The notes under the pieces: generated by a model | Seen by the model: only the letters and a program-made list of their open reading frames with translations | What the model was told of the DNA's origin: nothing | Database searches by the model: none | IMG/VR virus record: IMGVR_UViG_3300016672_000107 | Coordinates: 1-40,148 of that record | Strand: one strand, 5' to 3' | Source: a virus | Lineage: Duplodnaviria; Caudoviricetes | DNA length: 40,148 nt | Part shown: piece after piece, positions 27,071-35,418 of the stretch | Layout of the letters: the number at the start of each line of letters is the position of its first letter | Position numbering within the stretch: position 1 is the first letter of the stretch | Translations under genes and position numbers: made by a program

Positions 27071-27444
27071 CGGCGGGTCCGGTCCATGTACCGCTCGCCG
27101 GTCGCCAGAAGCGTCTCGACGTAATCGGCGGCCGGCGGCATTCCGTCCGCCTTGCGACGGTTGAGAATGTCCCGAGCGATAGCGGTCATTTCGGACCGCG
27201 CCTGGCGGCAGATTTCCGCCTCACGCGTCCCCGGCTTGGCGTGACGCGTTTCCACCGATGCGAGGACGTAGGCGAGGAGGGGCGCGCCCTCCGACTTGGC
27301 GCGAGCTGCAAACAGCTCCCGGCAACGCGTGCGGCAGAAAGTCCGGCCGCGCCCCCGGCCGCCCGCCTCGACGGTGTCGCCGCAGTTAGGGCAGGTTCCC
27401 GATACGGTGGCGGGGGCGACGGTTGCGGCGGCGGTGTTGCACAT
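27067..27444 (-). CDS. Hypothetical zinc-finger protein
   Basis: CPNC...FCRTRC; has its own promoter-like region. Confidence 0.65.
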   Translation of the reverse strand: MCNTAAATVAPATVSGTCPNCGDTVEAGGRGRGRTFCRTRCRELFAARAKSEGAPLLAYVLASVETRHAKPGTREAEICRQARSEMTAIARDILNRRKADGMPPAADYVETLLATGERYMDRTRR

Positions 27445-27468
27445 GGTCCTAGCTCCGGGTCGGACGTG

Positions 27469-27514
27469 AAAGCGTGTTACACGCTTTACATACGCAATGG
27501 GACCGGAGGGTCAA
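27469..27514 (-). promoter_or_regulatory. Sigma70-like promoter (TTGACC-N16-TATGTA) with downstream perfect palindrome AAAGCGTG-N3-CACGCTTT
   Basis: -35 at 27509-27514, -10 at 27487-27492, palindrome at 27469-27487. Confidence 0.6.
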
Positions 27515-27528
27515 TAGGGGTCGGGGCA

Positions 27529-27567
27529 GAAAAGCGAACGGGCGGACGATTTCTCACCCGCCCGCCC
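27529..27567 (-). terminator. Probable terminator of the leftward early operon
   Basis: Minus strand GGGCGGGCGGG...GTCCGCCCGTTCGC followed by TTTT, just after the stop at 27575. Confidence 0.5.
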
Positions 27568-27574
27568 TGGTCGT

Positions 27575-28027
27575 CTAGGTGTCCGCCTGCCCCCGAGGCG
27601 GCGGCCGTCGCTCGAGGTCCTCGAGCGGGATCGCGGCGAGGGCCTTCGCCTCCTCGGGCGTCGCCAGCTCGAAAGCCGGCTGGCGCTTGCCCTCGCCTAT
27701 GTCCACCTCGAGCTTGTGGAGGGTGAACAGGCCGCCGAGGGACCAATCGCACCCCCGGACGTTCGGATCGGCCGGCTTGTGATCCCTGGTCGCGGCCTTC
27801 GCGCCACGGAACCGGCCCTCGCACGAAAAGCCGACGTAACGCTCCACGCCCTCGGCCTTCGCGCCGGCCGCGACGAACGACCGGATCGACTGGGCCGTCC
27901 CGCACATGACGCAACGGAACGCGACGTCCTCGCGCGCCACGCCCTGCGCCTGCATCTCCGCGTGGAAGTCGGCGAGCTGGACGACGCGGACGCCCGATCC
28001 CTCCGTCCGAGGCGGGGAGACGGTCAC
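27575..28027 (-). CDS. Cys-rich phage protein (resembles the VVA0879 family)
   Basis: AFRCVMCGTAQS..F; GFSCEGRF; GCDWSLGGLF. Confidence 0.7.
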   Translation of the reverse strand: MTVSPPRTEGSGVRVVQLADFHAEMQAQGVAREDVAFRCVMCGTAQSIRSFVAAGAKAEGVERYVGFSCEGRFRGAKAATRDHKPADPNVRGCDWSLGGLFTLHKLEVDIGEGKRQPAFELATPEEAKALAAIPLEDLERRPPPRGQADT

Positions 28028-29028
28028 GACGCGGCCTCCCCGTTCTCGATCACAATGTCCGGGAACAGCTCCGGGTTATCGCGCATCACGTCGGCGAGGG
28101 CCTGGCGGCCGAAGTCCGTAACCCTGGCGATGCTCCCGCCCCCGGTGATCGCGTTCCCTTCCCGGACGGTCCAATATCCGGCCAGCTCCCGGAAACGCGC
28201 GTCGTCGTCCGTGACGTAGTGGTTCCGGTGCGTCTCTTTCGTGGGATCGCGAGGCCGGCCCAGGGCGTGGTGCATGTCGTCCCAATCCGAGGGGGAGAGT
28301 TCGGACGCGTAGAGGACGGCGGGAACCGCGACCGCGATCGGCGCGGCCTCCTCCGGTTCGAGGTGATCGACCAGGACAAGGTTCGCGCGCGTGCCGTGGA
28401 GGGGCGGATCGTTCACGGCGCTGTCCTCCCCGTGCGTCCGATGCTCCTCGGCCTCGAGCGCGGCTCGAGCGGCCTCATCCGACCGGACGCTATCAACCGA
28501 CCGGCGGCGGTCGATGCGCTCCACCTCGGCGACGGCGAGCGCGATCCCCTGGATAAGCTGGTCGCGCCGATCCTGGGACGGATCGATCCACGGCTCTAAG
28601 GGGAACGCGAGGTGACGCGCCCCGCCGAGGATCGCGGCGGCGGCCTGGTCCGCGATCTCCTCGCTTGTGTGGCGGTCGTCGTGCGCGGGCGTGAACCCCT
28701 TCGCGCACTGGCGGCGGCGCTCGCGCAGGACGTTCTCCACGATCCAAAGCGTCCCCTCCCCGGTGGCGGCCGCGATCTCCTCGAACGACGGCGGGAGGAG
28801 GTTCCGGGCCGGCGCGGGCTGCGGCTGGCCTCCGTCGCGCAGATACGCCTCGAACGCGGCGGCGGCGGCGACAACCTCGGCCGCCCGGCCGGACCCGACG
28901 AACCGGACGGCATGCTCGAGCGCGTTTCGGCGATAGGCGACGTCCGCCATCGTCATCCCGCCCGATCCGCCACGCGGCAGCGATCCGAGCGGCGCGCCTG
29001 GTGCGGGGGTGTGTGGTGTGTCGTTCAT
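28024..29028 (-). CDS. Multidomain phage early protein
   Basis: GGAC RBS; common phage motif ERRRQ..KGFTPAHDD.H...ALAVAEVERIDR; C-terminal HHALGRP...HRNHY domain. Confidence 0.7.
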   Translation of the reverse strand: MNDTPHTPAPGAPLGSLPRGGSGGMTMADVAYRRNALEHAVRFVGSGRAAEVVAAAAAFEAYLRDGGQPQPAPARNLLPPSFEEIAAATGEGTLWIVENVLRERRRQCAKGFTPAHDDRHTSEEIADQAAAAILGGARHLAFPLEPWIDPSQDRRDQLIQGIALAVAEVERIDRRRSVDSVRSDEAARAALEAEEHRTHGEDSAVNDPPLHGTRANLVLVDHLEPEEAAPIAVAVPAVLYASELSPSDWDDMHHALGRPRDPTKETHRNHYVTDDDARFRELAGYWTVREGNAITGGGSIARVTDFGRQALADVMRDNPELFPDIVIENGEAAS

Positions 29029-29339
29029 GTCCGGGGTCCTTTCTCCGGTGTGGTGGTGAGGAGCGCGCCCGCGAACGATCCGGCGCAAAGCCGGCCGTTC
29101 GGGGCGTCGTGATCCGAGGGGGTGCGAAGGCGGCGGCCGCCATGCGCGTGCTGCCACGCCCCGCCCGTCGCCTTGCCGCACTCCCGGCAAACGGCGGACA
29201 TTGCCTCGACCTGGTCGTCCGGGAGGAGGTGGGCGGCGGCGTGGGCGAAGTCCTCCCGAGCGGCGGCGGCGCGCTCGGCGCTGGTCGGAGCGCGGCCGAG
29301 GGCGGCGAGGAGGCGCGTATAGGGTCCGACGTCGGTCAC
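29025..29339 (-). CDS. Hypothetical zinc-binding protein
   Basis: CRECG...H...C; coupled by overlaps. Confidence 0.6.
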   Translation of the reverse strand: MTDVGPYTRLLAALGRAPTSAERAAAAREDFAHAAAHLLPDDQVEAMSAVCRECGKATGGAWQHAHGGRRLRTPSDHDAPNGRLCAGSFAGALLTTTPEKGPRT

Positions 29340-29611
29340 GACTGACGCCCGAACATGCGGTCCGCCACGCGCTTAACGCCCTGGTGGCAATAGGTGCAGA
29401 CGCGTTTCGGACCCGGAGGCGCGTCGTTCCCGACCAGGATCGGCTCGCCGCAGCTCTCGCACGGGAGGCGGGTCGAGTTCTGGCGGCTCTCCCGCGCGCT
29501 CGGCTGGACCTGGGGCGGGAGGCTCGAGATCGGGATAAGGTCGGTCACGCGCATGCAGACGAGGAAATCCGCTTGCGCGGCCTCGAGCGGGTCAACGGAA
29601 CGGAATGTCAT
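29336..29611 (-). CDS. Hypothetical zinc-ribbon protein
   Basis: CESC...CTYC; ATGA coupling. Confidence 0.6.
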   Translation of the reverse strand: MTFRSVDPLEAAQADFLVCMRVTDLIPISSLPPQVQPSARESRQNSTRLPCESCGEPILVGNDAPPGPKRVCTYCHQGVKRVADRMFGRQS

Positions 29612-29787
29612 TGCTGGTCCTCTCTGGCGGCGGCGGCCGCCTGGTCGTGGGCGTCGTCGGCGGCCTCGGCCCGCTCGCAAGCGCGAAGGAGGCGAAGGCC
29701 CTCGCAGACGTCCTGGATTTCGTGGGGGTGGATACGCGCCCCGGTCCCTTTGCGGCGGGCGAGGCGTAGGCGGCTGTCGAGGCTCAT
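29608..29787 (-). CDS. Hypothetical protein (59 aa)
   Basis: ATGA-coupled chain; MSLDSRLRLARRKG. Confidence 0.5.
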   Translation of the reverse strand: MSLDSRLRLARRKGTGARIHPHEIQDVCEGLRLLRACERAEAADDAHDQAAAAAREDQQ

Positions 29788-29948
29788 CGCTTGTCCTTTC
29801 GAGCGGCCCGTTCGGCCGCCCGGCGACGCTGCCGCGTCATGTGGCCGGGGTGCAAGTCCCGATCCGGCTCGCCCTGCCCGAATAGGCCGAGCGGACGCCC
29901 GGACCCGTCCCCGAACAGGATAAGCCGGTCGAGATCGGAGAGGGTCAC
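29784..29948 (-). CDS. Hypothetical protein (54 aa)
   Basis: GTGA-coupled; MTLSDLDRLILFGDG. Confidence 0.5.
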   Translation of the reverse strand: MTLSDLDRLILFGDGSGRPLGLFGQGEPDRDLHPGHMTRQRRRAAERAARKDKR

Positions 29949-30229
29949 GCCTGGTCCGCCATGATCCCGGCGACGGCCGCCTCCGTCCTGGCGCGGCGGC
30001 GATCGGCCTCCTCGGCGAGGAGCCGGATACAGACGGCGGCGACGCCCGGAACCGGCCGATCCCCGCGTTCCCAACGGCCGAGCGTGCGGCGGGCCGTCTG
30101 CATCTCCACGGCCGCCTCATGCTGCGTCCCGACCCGCTCCCGGAGGCGGACGAAGTCGAGGGGCGACATAGTCGGGAACCCGGCGTCCGGGTCGATCGGG
30201 AGGGCGCGCTGGCGCGGCTGGTCGGTCAC
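29945..30229 (-). CDS. XRE/Cro-like helix-turn-helix regulator
   Basis: MSPLDFVRLRERVGTQHEAAVEMQTARRTLGRWERGDRPVP; no peptidase domain. Confidence 0.8.
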   Translation of the reverse strand: MTDQPRQRALPIDPDAGFPTMSPLDFVRLRERVGTQHEAAVEMQTARRTLGRWERGDRPVPGVAAVCIRLLAEEADRRRARTEAAVAGIMADQA

Positions 30230-30504
30230 TGTGCAAGGTCCTTTCGAGGGCGAATGAGGCCGGCGCGCTCGGCGGCGGCGGTGAAATAGGCGAGGCGGTG
30301 TTTCCCGCGCTCGAGGGCGCGGCGGTGATAGCTGGTCGGGTCGGCGGCGTACCGGCGCGCATAGAACGCGACCCGCTCGGCGGCGGCGTCCATGCTCCCG
30401 ACAAGGCGGGCGCGGCGGGTATGCTCGAGGAGGTCCTGGCGCTCGCGCTCGAGGACGGACGGGTCGATCGCGGCAAGGAGCCGCTGGCGTTGCGTTAGGT
30501 ACAT
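30226..30504 (-). CDS. Hypothetical protein (92 aa)
   Basis: GGAGA RBS; first gene after the promoter at 30530-30558. Confidence 0.6.
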   Translation of the reverse strand: MYLTQRQRLLAAIDPSVLERERQDLLEHTRRARLVGSMDAAAERVAFYARRYAADPTSYHRRALERGKHRLAYFTAAAERAGLIRPRKDLAQ

Positions 30505-30529
30505 GGCGAGTTCTCCGGTTCGCCTGGAC

Positions 30530-30559
30530 GGTATGGGGCCAGCGGTCCCAAAGCGCAAG
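30530..30559 (-). promoter_or_regulatory. Leftward promoter TTGCGC-N17-CATACC with operator-like GGGACCGCTGGCCC in the spacer
   Basis: 24-bp identity (30536-30559) with 34376-34399. Confidence 0.65.
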
Positions 30560-30609
30560 CGGGAACGGAGGGAGCTTGCAAACGGCCGATCCCGCAGTAT
30601 GTGTCGGGT

Positions 30610-30686
30610 GTCGGTTCGCCGGCCGCTCTCTCCGGGGCGCAGGCCCGCCGCTTGGTTCTCCCTGTTCCAAGCGGCGGGCCGTTTCG
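30610..30686 (+). ncRNA. Candidate small RNA with two CUCC anti-SD loops
   Basis: Upstream TTGCAA-N16-TATGTG; hairpins 30624-30639 and 30642-30680, then GTTT; no plausible ORF. Confidence 0.35.
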
Positions 30687-30689
30687 TAT

Positions 30690-31370
30690 CTAGGCCCCGT
30701 CGTCCCCGTCGCTGTCCGACCTGGTCGGCGGGTTCAACTCGACCCCCAGGCGGCGCTCGAGTTCGGCCTGTACGCCCGGATCGACCGGCTCGCCGGGGAA
30801 CGGCTTCCCCTTCCCCGCCTCGCCCCTGACCAGGTCCTCCAACGTGAGGAGCGGGATACGCTGAACGTCGAAGCGATATCCGACCCGCTCGACCAGCTCG
30901 GCGAGGCGCTGGACGATCGCGGCGTTATCCGCGCCCTGCCAGTCCTGGTCCTGCGGTGGACCGGCGACGATCTCCTCGAGATTGCGCCCGATGGCGATCA
31001 CGGCGGCGCGTAGCGCGGCGGCAACCTCCCGCATCCGTTCGTAATCGGCGCGCACGGTCGGCGGCGCGATCGGGACGACCCCGTTCCGGCTTGCCTCGAG
31101 TTCCCCGACCGGCTTCCCGTCGCGATCCTGGACCAGGAGACGGAGGACCGGGACGTAAGGGAGGACGACGCCCAGGACGAAATGTCCGCCCTCCTCGAGC
31201 GCGCGGAGCTGGTCCTGGTCGAATTGCCACGCGGTATAGGTGGACGCCATGCCGGGATACGGCGGCGCGACCTGTAGGACGTGGAGGTCGAGGCACTCGC
31301 CCTGCGCCTCCACGTCCCAGGACGGCGGCGGCCCGACGATGCGGCCGCCCTCTATCGGCGTGTTCCTCAC
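30690..31370 (-). CDS. Hypothetical protein
   Basis: GTGA coupling; GPPPSWD....GEC.DLHV...TAWQF..DQLRALEEGG. Confidence 0.65.
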   Translation of the reverse strand: MRNTPIEGGRIVGPPPSWDVEAQGECLDLHVLQVAPPYPGMASTYTAWQFDQDQLRALEEGGHFVLGVVLPYVPVLRLLVQDRDGKPVGELEASRNGVVPIAPPTVRADYERMREVAAALRAAVIAIGRNLEEIVAGPPQDQDWQGADNAAIVQRLAELVERVGYRFDVQRIPLLTLEDLVRGEAGKGKPFPGEPVDPGVQAELERRLGVELNPPTRSDSDGDDGA

Positions 31371-31915
31371 GACGCGGCCTTTCCGAGGTAGTAGGCGACG
31401 GCGATGCAGGCGAGGACGACGATCACGCACGCGCACCCGAGCCAGTTCCCGTCCGCGAACCGGCCCAGCTCGGCGCGCTGGACGCGGAGATCGTCGTCGG
31501 TCGGGACGTAGTCCGGGAGGTCGATCGGCGGCGGGTCCTGGCGCGTGGCGTCCGGGATGATGACGGAGGCGTCCGCCTTCCCGATCGCGGTCGTCGCCAG
31601 CTCCCGGTCCACCGGATCGCGCATGTCGAGCGGGCGGATCAAGGTATCCCCGGCGGCAATATCGACGGGCTTCGCCTCCCCGGTGGCGAGCCGCTCCGTC
31701 GTCGCCATGACGGCCTGGTCAATCCGGGACTGTGGCACGCCCTGGAATTGGACAAGCCCGACCTGGACGCCCGCCCGATCGCGGAGCCGGAAGCATCCGC
31801 CCCCGATATAGACGACGTCGTGAACCTGGTCGAATTCGGCGCGGAGGTCCGCGTGGATCGGCTCGACGGGAAGTCCGCCCGTCTGTAGCCAGCTCCGCTT
31901 TGCTGCGGGATGCAT
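31367..31915 (-). CDS. Hypothetical protein with C-terminal membrane anchor
   Basis: AAAGGA RBS; WLGCACVIVVLACIAVAYYLG. Confidence 0.6.
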   Translation of the reverse strand: MHPAAKRSWLQTGGLPVEPIHADLRAEFDQVHDVVYIGGGCFRLRDRAGVQVGLVQFQGVPQSRIDQAVMATTERLATGEAKPVDIAAGDTLIRPLDMRDPVDRELATTAIGKADASVIIPDATRQDPPPIDLPDYVPTDDDLRVQRAELGRFADGNWLGCACVIVVLACIAVAYYLGKAAS

Positions 31916-31967
31916 GTTACGTCCTTTCTGTGGTGGAGGGGTGTCCGGCCGGTCGCCCGGCCGGGGG

Positions 31968-32192
31968 TTAGATCGACGCCAGCGCGGCCGTGACGGCGAG
32001 CGCGGCGAGGATGCCAAGGGCCGCGCCGATACGGAGCATCCGATCGGACCGCTCGCGCCGGATGATGACGCGGGCCGCGTGGACGGCCTGGTCGAGGAGC
32101 GGGCGGTGGAGCGGGAGGAACGTATCGACGGGCGGGAGCTTGCTCGGCGGGATCGGGCGCGAGTAGCGGGGGGCGGGTTCCTGATAGGGCAT
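31968..32192 (-). CDS. Small membrane protein
   Basis: GGAGAG RBS; C-terminal IGAALGILAALAVTAALASI. Confidence 0.6.
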   Translation of the reverse strand: MPYQEPAPRYSRPIPPSKLPPVDTFLPLHRPLLDQAVHAARVIIRRERSDRMLRIGAALGILAALAVTAALASI

Positions 32193-32218
32193 TGTCGTCT
32201 CTCCGGTTGACGGGTGGC

Positions 32219-32247
32219 GTTGTGAGCTTGGGACCGCTGGGCGTCAA
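32219..32247 (-). promoter_or_regulatory. Leftward promoter TTGACG-N17 with CCAGCGGTCCCAA in the spacer
   Basis: Same core as the 30536 and 34376 sites, in the opposite orientation relative to transcription. Confidence 0.55.
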
Positions 32248-32375
32248 CCCCGGCGGCGGCGGCGATAGAAAACGAGGACCCCGAACAACCGCCATTCCGT
32301 CCGGTGGCGGACGAAATAGCCTCCGCACGGGGAGACGGCGCGCGTCCGGCGCTTCACCAGGATACGGCCGATCAT
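32244..32375 (-). CDS. Small basic hypothetical protein (43 aa)
   Basis: ATGA coupling with the upstream ORF. Confidence 0.4.
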   Translation of the reverse strand: MIGRILVKRRTRAVSPCGGYFVRHRTEWRLFGVLVFYRRRRRG

Positions 32376-32734
32376 TGGTCGTTCGCCGGGGCCGGCTGGT
32401 CGCCGAGGGTGGAGAGGATCGCGCACTCGAGGCAATGGACGGCGTCGCGCTGGGCCTCGAGTTCCTCGAGCCGTTTCGCGAGCCAGTCGGCGGCGTCCGC
32501 CACGATCTCGGCGCGAGCCTCGGGCGTGCGGGCCGCCTGGAACATGCCGGCGACGGCCCCGGCAAGGTGGGCCTTCACCATCCCGGAGAGGAGCGCGTCC
32601 GGCGGGATCGTGTCGTCCGTGGCGAAATGCTCGAGGAGGCCGCGCGCCGCGCCCATGAACGTCTCGCCAAGGGCGGTCGCGACGCGGTCGAGGGCGACGG
32701 GATCGACCGTCTCGAAAAGGGGGTGTTCGGACAT
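32372..32734 (-). CDS. Hypothetical protein
   Basis: GGAG RBS; helical 120 aa. Confidence 0.6.
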   Translation of the reverse strand: MSEHPLFETVDPVALDRVATALGETFMGAARGLLEHFATDDTIPPDALLSGMVKAHLAGAVAGMFQAARTPEARAEIVADAADWLAKRLEELEAQRDAVHCLECAILSTLGDQPAPANDQ

Positions 32735-32738
32735 GCTG

Positions 32739-33062
32739 CTATGCTCCGGGCTTTGTGAGGTCGAGGATACGCGCGTCCGGGGACCAAAACTGGAAGGGTC
32801 CCGGCTCGCGCGGCGGGTTGTGCTGGATCATGGGGAGGCGTTCGCCCCGGTCGAGGCCCAGGCCGTCCTCGATAGTGTCGATCCCGGCGAGGACGTCGTT
32901 CCACCCCCGCGCCTGGATCGTCTCCCCGGCTGGCGATCGGGCGTACCAGGCCGTCTCGATCGTCGCCGGCCCCTCGCCCCCGCCCGCGTCGTAAAAGACA
33001 CGCCAGCGGCGGTGGCGCGGGGCGTTGACCGGCGGGTGAGGCTCGCCCTTACGCTTCGCCAC
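32739..33062 (-). CDS. Hypothetical protein
   Basis: Fits the operon chain; 107 aa. Confidence 0.55.
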   Translation of the reverse strand: MAKRKGEPHPPVNAPRHRRWRVFYDAGGGEGPATIETAWYARSPAGETIQARGWNDVLAGIDTIEDGLGLDRGERLPMIQHNPPREPGPFQFWSPDARILDLTKPGA

Positions 33063-33450
33063 GACGACGCCTTTCGAGGAGATAGGCCGGCGGCGGCATC
33101 GCCATTCCGTCCCGCGCCATCTGGCGTTCGTACCGATCGGGCCAGGCGCGGTGGCGGGCCAGCCGGCGCTCGAGCGCGTACCCGGTCCGCCACGCGTCGT
33201 CCGCTGCGCGCTCTAGGGCCGGGTCGATGTAGTTCACGCGGCGCGCGACCAGGTCCCGGATGGTGGCGCGGATCGACCGCTCGGCGGCGCGGTGGCGGCG
33301 GGCCTCACTCTCGAGGAACCGATCGTCCTCCTCGAGCGGGAGCGCGCCCTTGCCTGGACACGGCACGCCCCGGACGTGGTGGTGAACGATACCGCCGTCC
33401 GCCCGGCGCGGCTTCATGCGGCCGCAAATCTGGCAACGGCCGCGCTTCAC
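33049..33450 (-). CDS. Hypothetical zinc-binding protein
   Basis: GTGA coupling; GRCQICGR...HHH...CPG. Confidence 0.6.
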   Translation of the reverse strand: MKRGRCQICGRMKPRRADGGIVHHHVRGVPCPGKGALPLEEDDRFLESEARRHRAAERSIRATIRDLVARRVNYIDPALERAADDAWRTGYALERRLARHRAWPDRYERQMARDGMAMPPPAYLLERRRRGEA

Positions 33451-33893
33451 GCGTGAGCCTCCAACCAGGCGCGAAGCTCCGCGCGCTGGTATCCGATCCC
33501 GAGGCCCGTCGTTTCGTACACGAACCGGAACCGACCGCAGGGCGCGTCGGTGGACGCTCGCCGCATAGTGTCGCGGTATAGCCTGCCCCCGACGAACAAG
33601 ACGGCCGAGGCGGCCTCGACGGCGGCGGCGAACGCCCAGCGGTTGCTGGTCGGGATCGCGAGCAGCTCGGCGGCGCGGGCCTCTGTCATCCGCTGTTCGT
33701 AATCCGGGATCGGGAGCGTCGCCGGGTGGAAGCCGAACCGCGCGGAGAGGAACCAGACGTCCACGGCGGCGGCGTCCCGGAGGGCGACGCGGAGCGTCCG
33801 CCACATGGGGCCGTCGTACCGCTCGAGCGCGGGGAGGAGGTCCGCGTCGGGCCGCTTGGTCGCGGAACACGGCATGACGACAAGGGGGGTCAC
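33447..33893 (-). CDS. DUF6884/YaaA-like protein
   Basis: VMPCSATK...PALERYDGPMW...FLSARFG....IPDYEQRM...GIGYQ. Confidence 0.7.
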   Translation of the reverse strand: MTPLVVMPCSATKRPDADLLPALERYDGPMWRTLRVALRDAAAVDVWFLSARFGFHPATLPIPDYEQRMTEARAAELLAIPTSNRWAFAAAVEAASAVLFVGGRLYRDTMRRASTDAPCGRFRFVYETTGLGIGYQRAELRAWLEAHA

Positions 33894-34027
33894 GGCCGGC
33901 GGCGGCCGAGACGGCGAGCGATCGTCCGCATCTCGGCGGCGCGGCGCTGGTCGAGCTGGCGGTCCTGATACTGGACGACGTGGGCGTTCGGCGCGCCCTC
34001 GAAATACATCTGTTCGGATGCGGACAT
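33890..34027 (-). CDS. Small hypothetical protein (45 aa), not in the ORF track
   Basis: GGAGG RBS; MSASEQMYFEGAPNAHVVQY...RRP*; GTGA overlap with 33893. Confidence 0.5.
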   Translation of the reverse strand: MSASEQMYFEGAPNAHVVQYQDRQLDQRRAAEMRTIARRLGRRRP

Positions 34028-34076
34028 GATCGTTCCTCCGGGAAGCGGGAGGGCGGCGCGGCGGCCGCCCTCGGGG

Positions 34077-34334
34077 TTAGGCGGCCTTCGCGGCCTTCAA
34101 CGCTTCGCGATACTCGGCCGGGGTCACGATCGACACGGGGACGACGACGCAGGGGACGGTGTCCCGGTGGTTGGTATAGAAGTTCCGCCGCGCGCCCTCG
34201 GCGCTGGTCCCGAAGCTCGGCAGGCGGGTGGTCGCGGTGTCCCTGGTCGTCGCCGCGTGCGTGAAGTCCGAGCGGGTGGACTTGCGCGAGATCGTGCGGC
34301 CGTCGTCGGTCTTTCCGAGGTAGTGCGTAGGCAT
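34077..34334 (-). CDS. Hypothetical protein, first gene of the leftward operon
   Basis: GGAGA RBS; downstream of the leftward promoter. Confidence 0.65.
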   Translation of the reverse strand: MPTHYLGKTDDGRTISRKSTRSDFTHAATTRDTATTRLPSFGTSAEGARRNFYTNHRDTVPCVVVPVSIVTPAEYREALKAAKAA

Positions 34335-34369
34335 TTCGTTCGTCTCCGGGTGGCGTTGCTGCCGTCCCC

Positions 34370-34479
34370 TCTATCGGGCCAGCGGTCCCAAAGCGCAAGG
34401 GGGTTCAGGCCCTCCGGTCCCTTTATTTTCGCGGGACCTATCCGAGGCGTTGACCATACGCGCCCCCCGGCCGCATACC
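34370..34479. promoter_or_regulatory. Divergent promoter region
   Basis: Leftward TTGCGC-N17-GATAGA; rightward TTGACC (34450-34455)...CATACC; GGTCCC-N11-GGGACC at 34416-34438 between them. Confidence 0.65.
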
Positions 34480-34504
34480 GGCGGCGCAACCCGGAGGTAG
34501 CACC

Positions 34505-34789
34505 ATGACGAAACACGACCCGGCCGCGCCTGTCGCGGTCCCGATACCCGAAACCTGTCGCGTCCGAGCGGCCGAGCTGCGCGTCTTGATCGGGCGCGCG
34601 ACGGCCGAGGACCTGTCCGACGACGGCCGGTATTTCGCCGACACATTCACGGACCTGACCCGTTGCCGGCATGAGGAAATCGGCGAATACCAGCACCGGC
34701 ACGACGGCCCGCTAGTCGAATGGCTGTGGAACCGGCGTGACGAAATCGCGGCGCTGTATGAGGCCCGCGCAACCGAGGAGGTAAAATGA
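34505..34789 (+). CDS. Hypothetical protein
   Basis: GGAGG RBS; first rightward gene. Confidence 0.6.
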   Translation: MTKHDPAAPVAVPIPETCRVRAAELRVLIGRATAEDLSDDGRYFADTFTDLTRCRHEEIGEYQHRHDGPLVEWLWNRRDEIAALYEARATEEVK

Positions 34790-35418
34790 CGATGGGCGGT
34801 AACGGCGGGCCGAAGGGAGCCGGCGAGGAAATCAAGCTCCTAGTGGAACGCGCGATGCGTATCCGCGAAGAAATCAAGGACATGAAGGCGGACGAAAAGG
34901 ACGTCTATGCGGAGGCGAAGTCGCGCGGGTTCGATCCCAAGCCGATCCGCAAGCTAGTGTCCTGGCTGGAAAAGGACCCCGACAAGCGGCGCGAGGAGGA
35001 CGCGGTCCTCGAGCTTTACAAAGCCGCGATGGGCGTCGGCGACGGCTCCCTCTCCGACGCGGCCCGCGCGTTCGTGTCCGAGCGGCGCAAGGCCGAGGCG
35101 GGCGAGGACGACGGCCAGCTCGACGCGTTCACCGCGCCGCGTGAAGCCGGCGGGAAAGACGTCTCGACCGATTTCGGCGACGACCTGTCCGACAAGCCGT
35201 TGACGGAGGACGACGCCCGCCGCCTCGGCGCGGAGGCGCAAAAGGCCGGCAAGCCGGTTACGGCGAACCCGTTCAAGGCCGGCGACGAACGTCGTCTCGC
35301 CTGGGACGAAGCATGGTGCGGGACGGCTGGATCGGACGGGATGGATATCCCGCCCGAGCTGCGCCCGAAGGCGAAGCCCAAGAAAGACGACGACCAACCG
35401 AAAGGCGATGACGAATGA
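34786..35418 (+). CDS. gapR: GapR/DUF2312 DNA-binding protein with C-terminal RMF-like motif
   Basis: EEIKLLVERAMRIREEIKDMKADEKDVYAEAKSRGFDPKPIRKLV...LELYKAAMG; ARRLGAEAQKAGKPVTANPF...WDEAW. Confidence 0.85.
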   Translation: MTMGGNGGPKGAGEEIKLLVERAMRIREEIKDMKADEKDVYAEAKSRGFDPKPIRKLVSWLEKDPDKRREEDAVLELYKAAMGVGDGSLSDAARAFVSERRKAEAGEDDGQLDAFTAPREAGGKDVSTDFGDDLSDKPLTEDDARRLGAEAQKAGKPVTANPFKAGDERRLAWDEAWCGTAGSDGMDIPPELRPKAKPKKDDDQPKGDDE

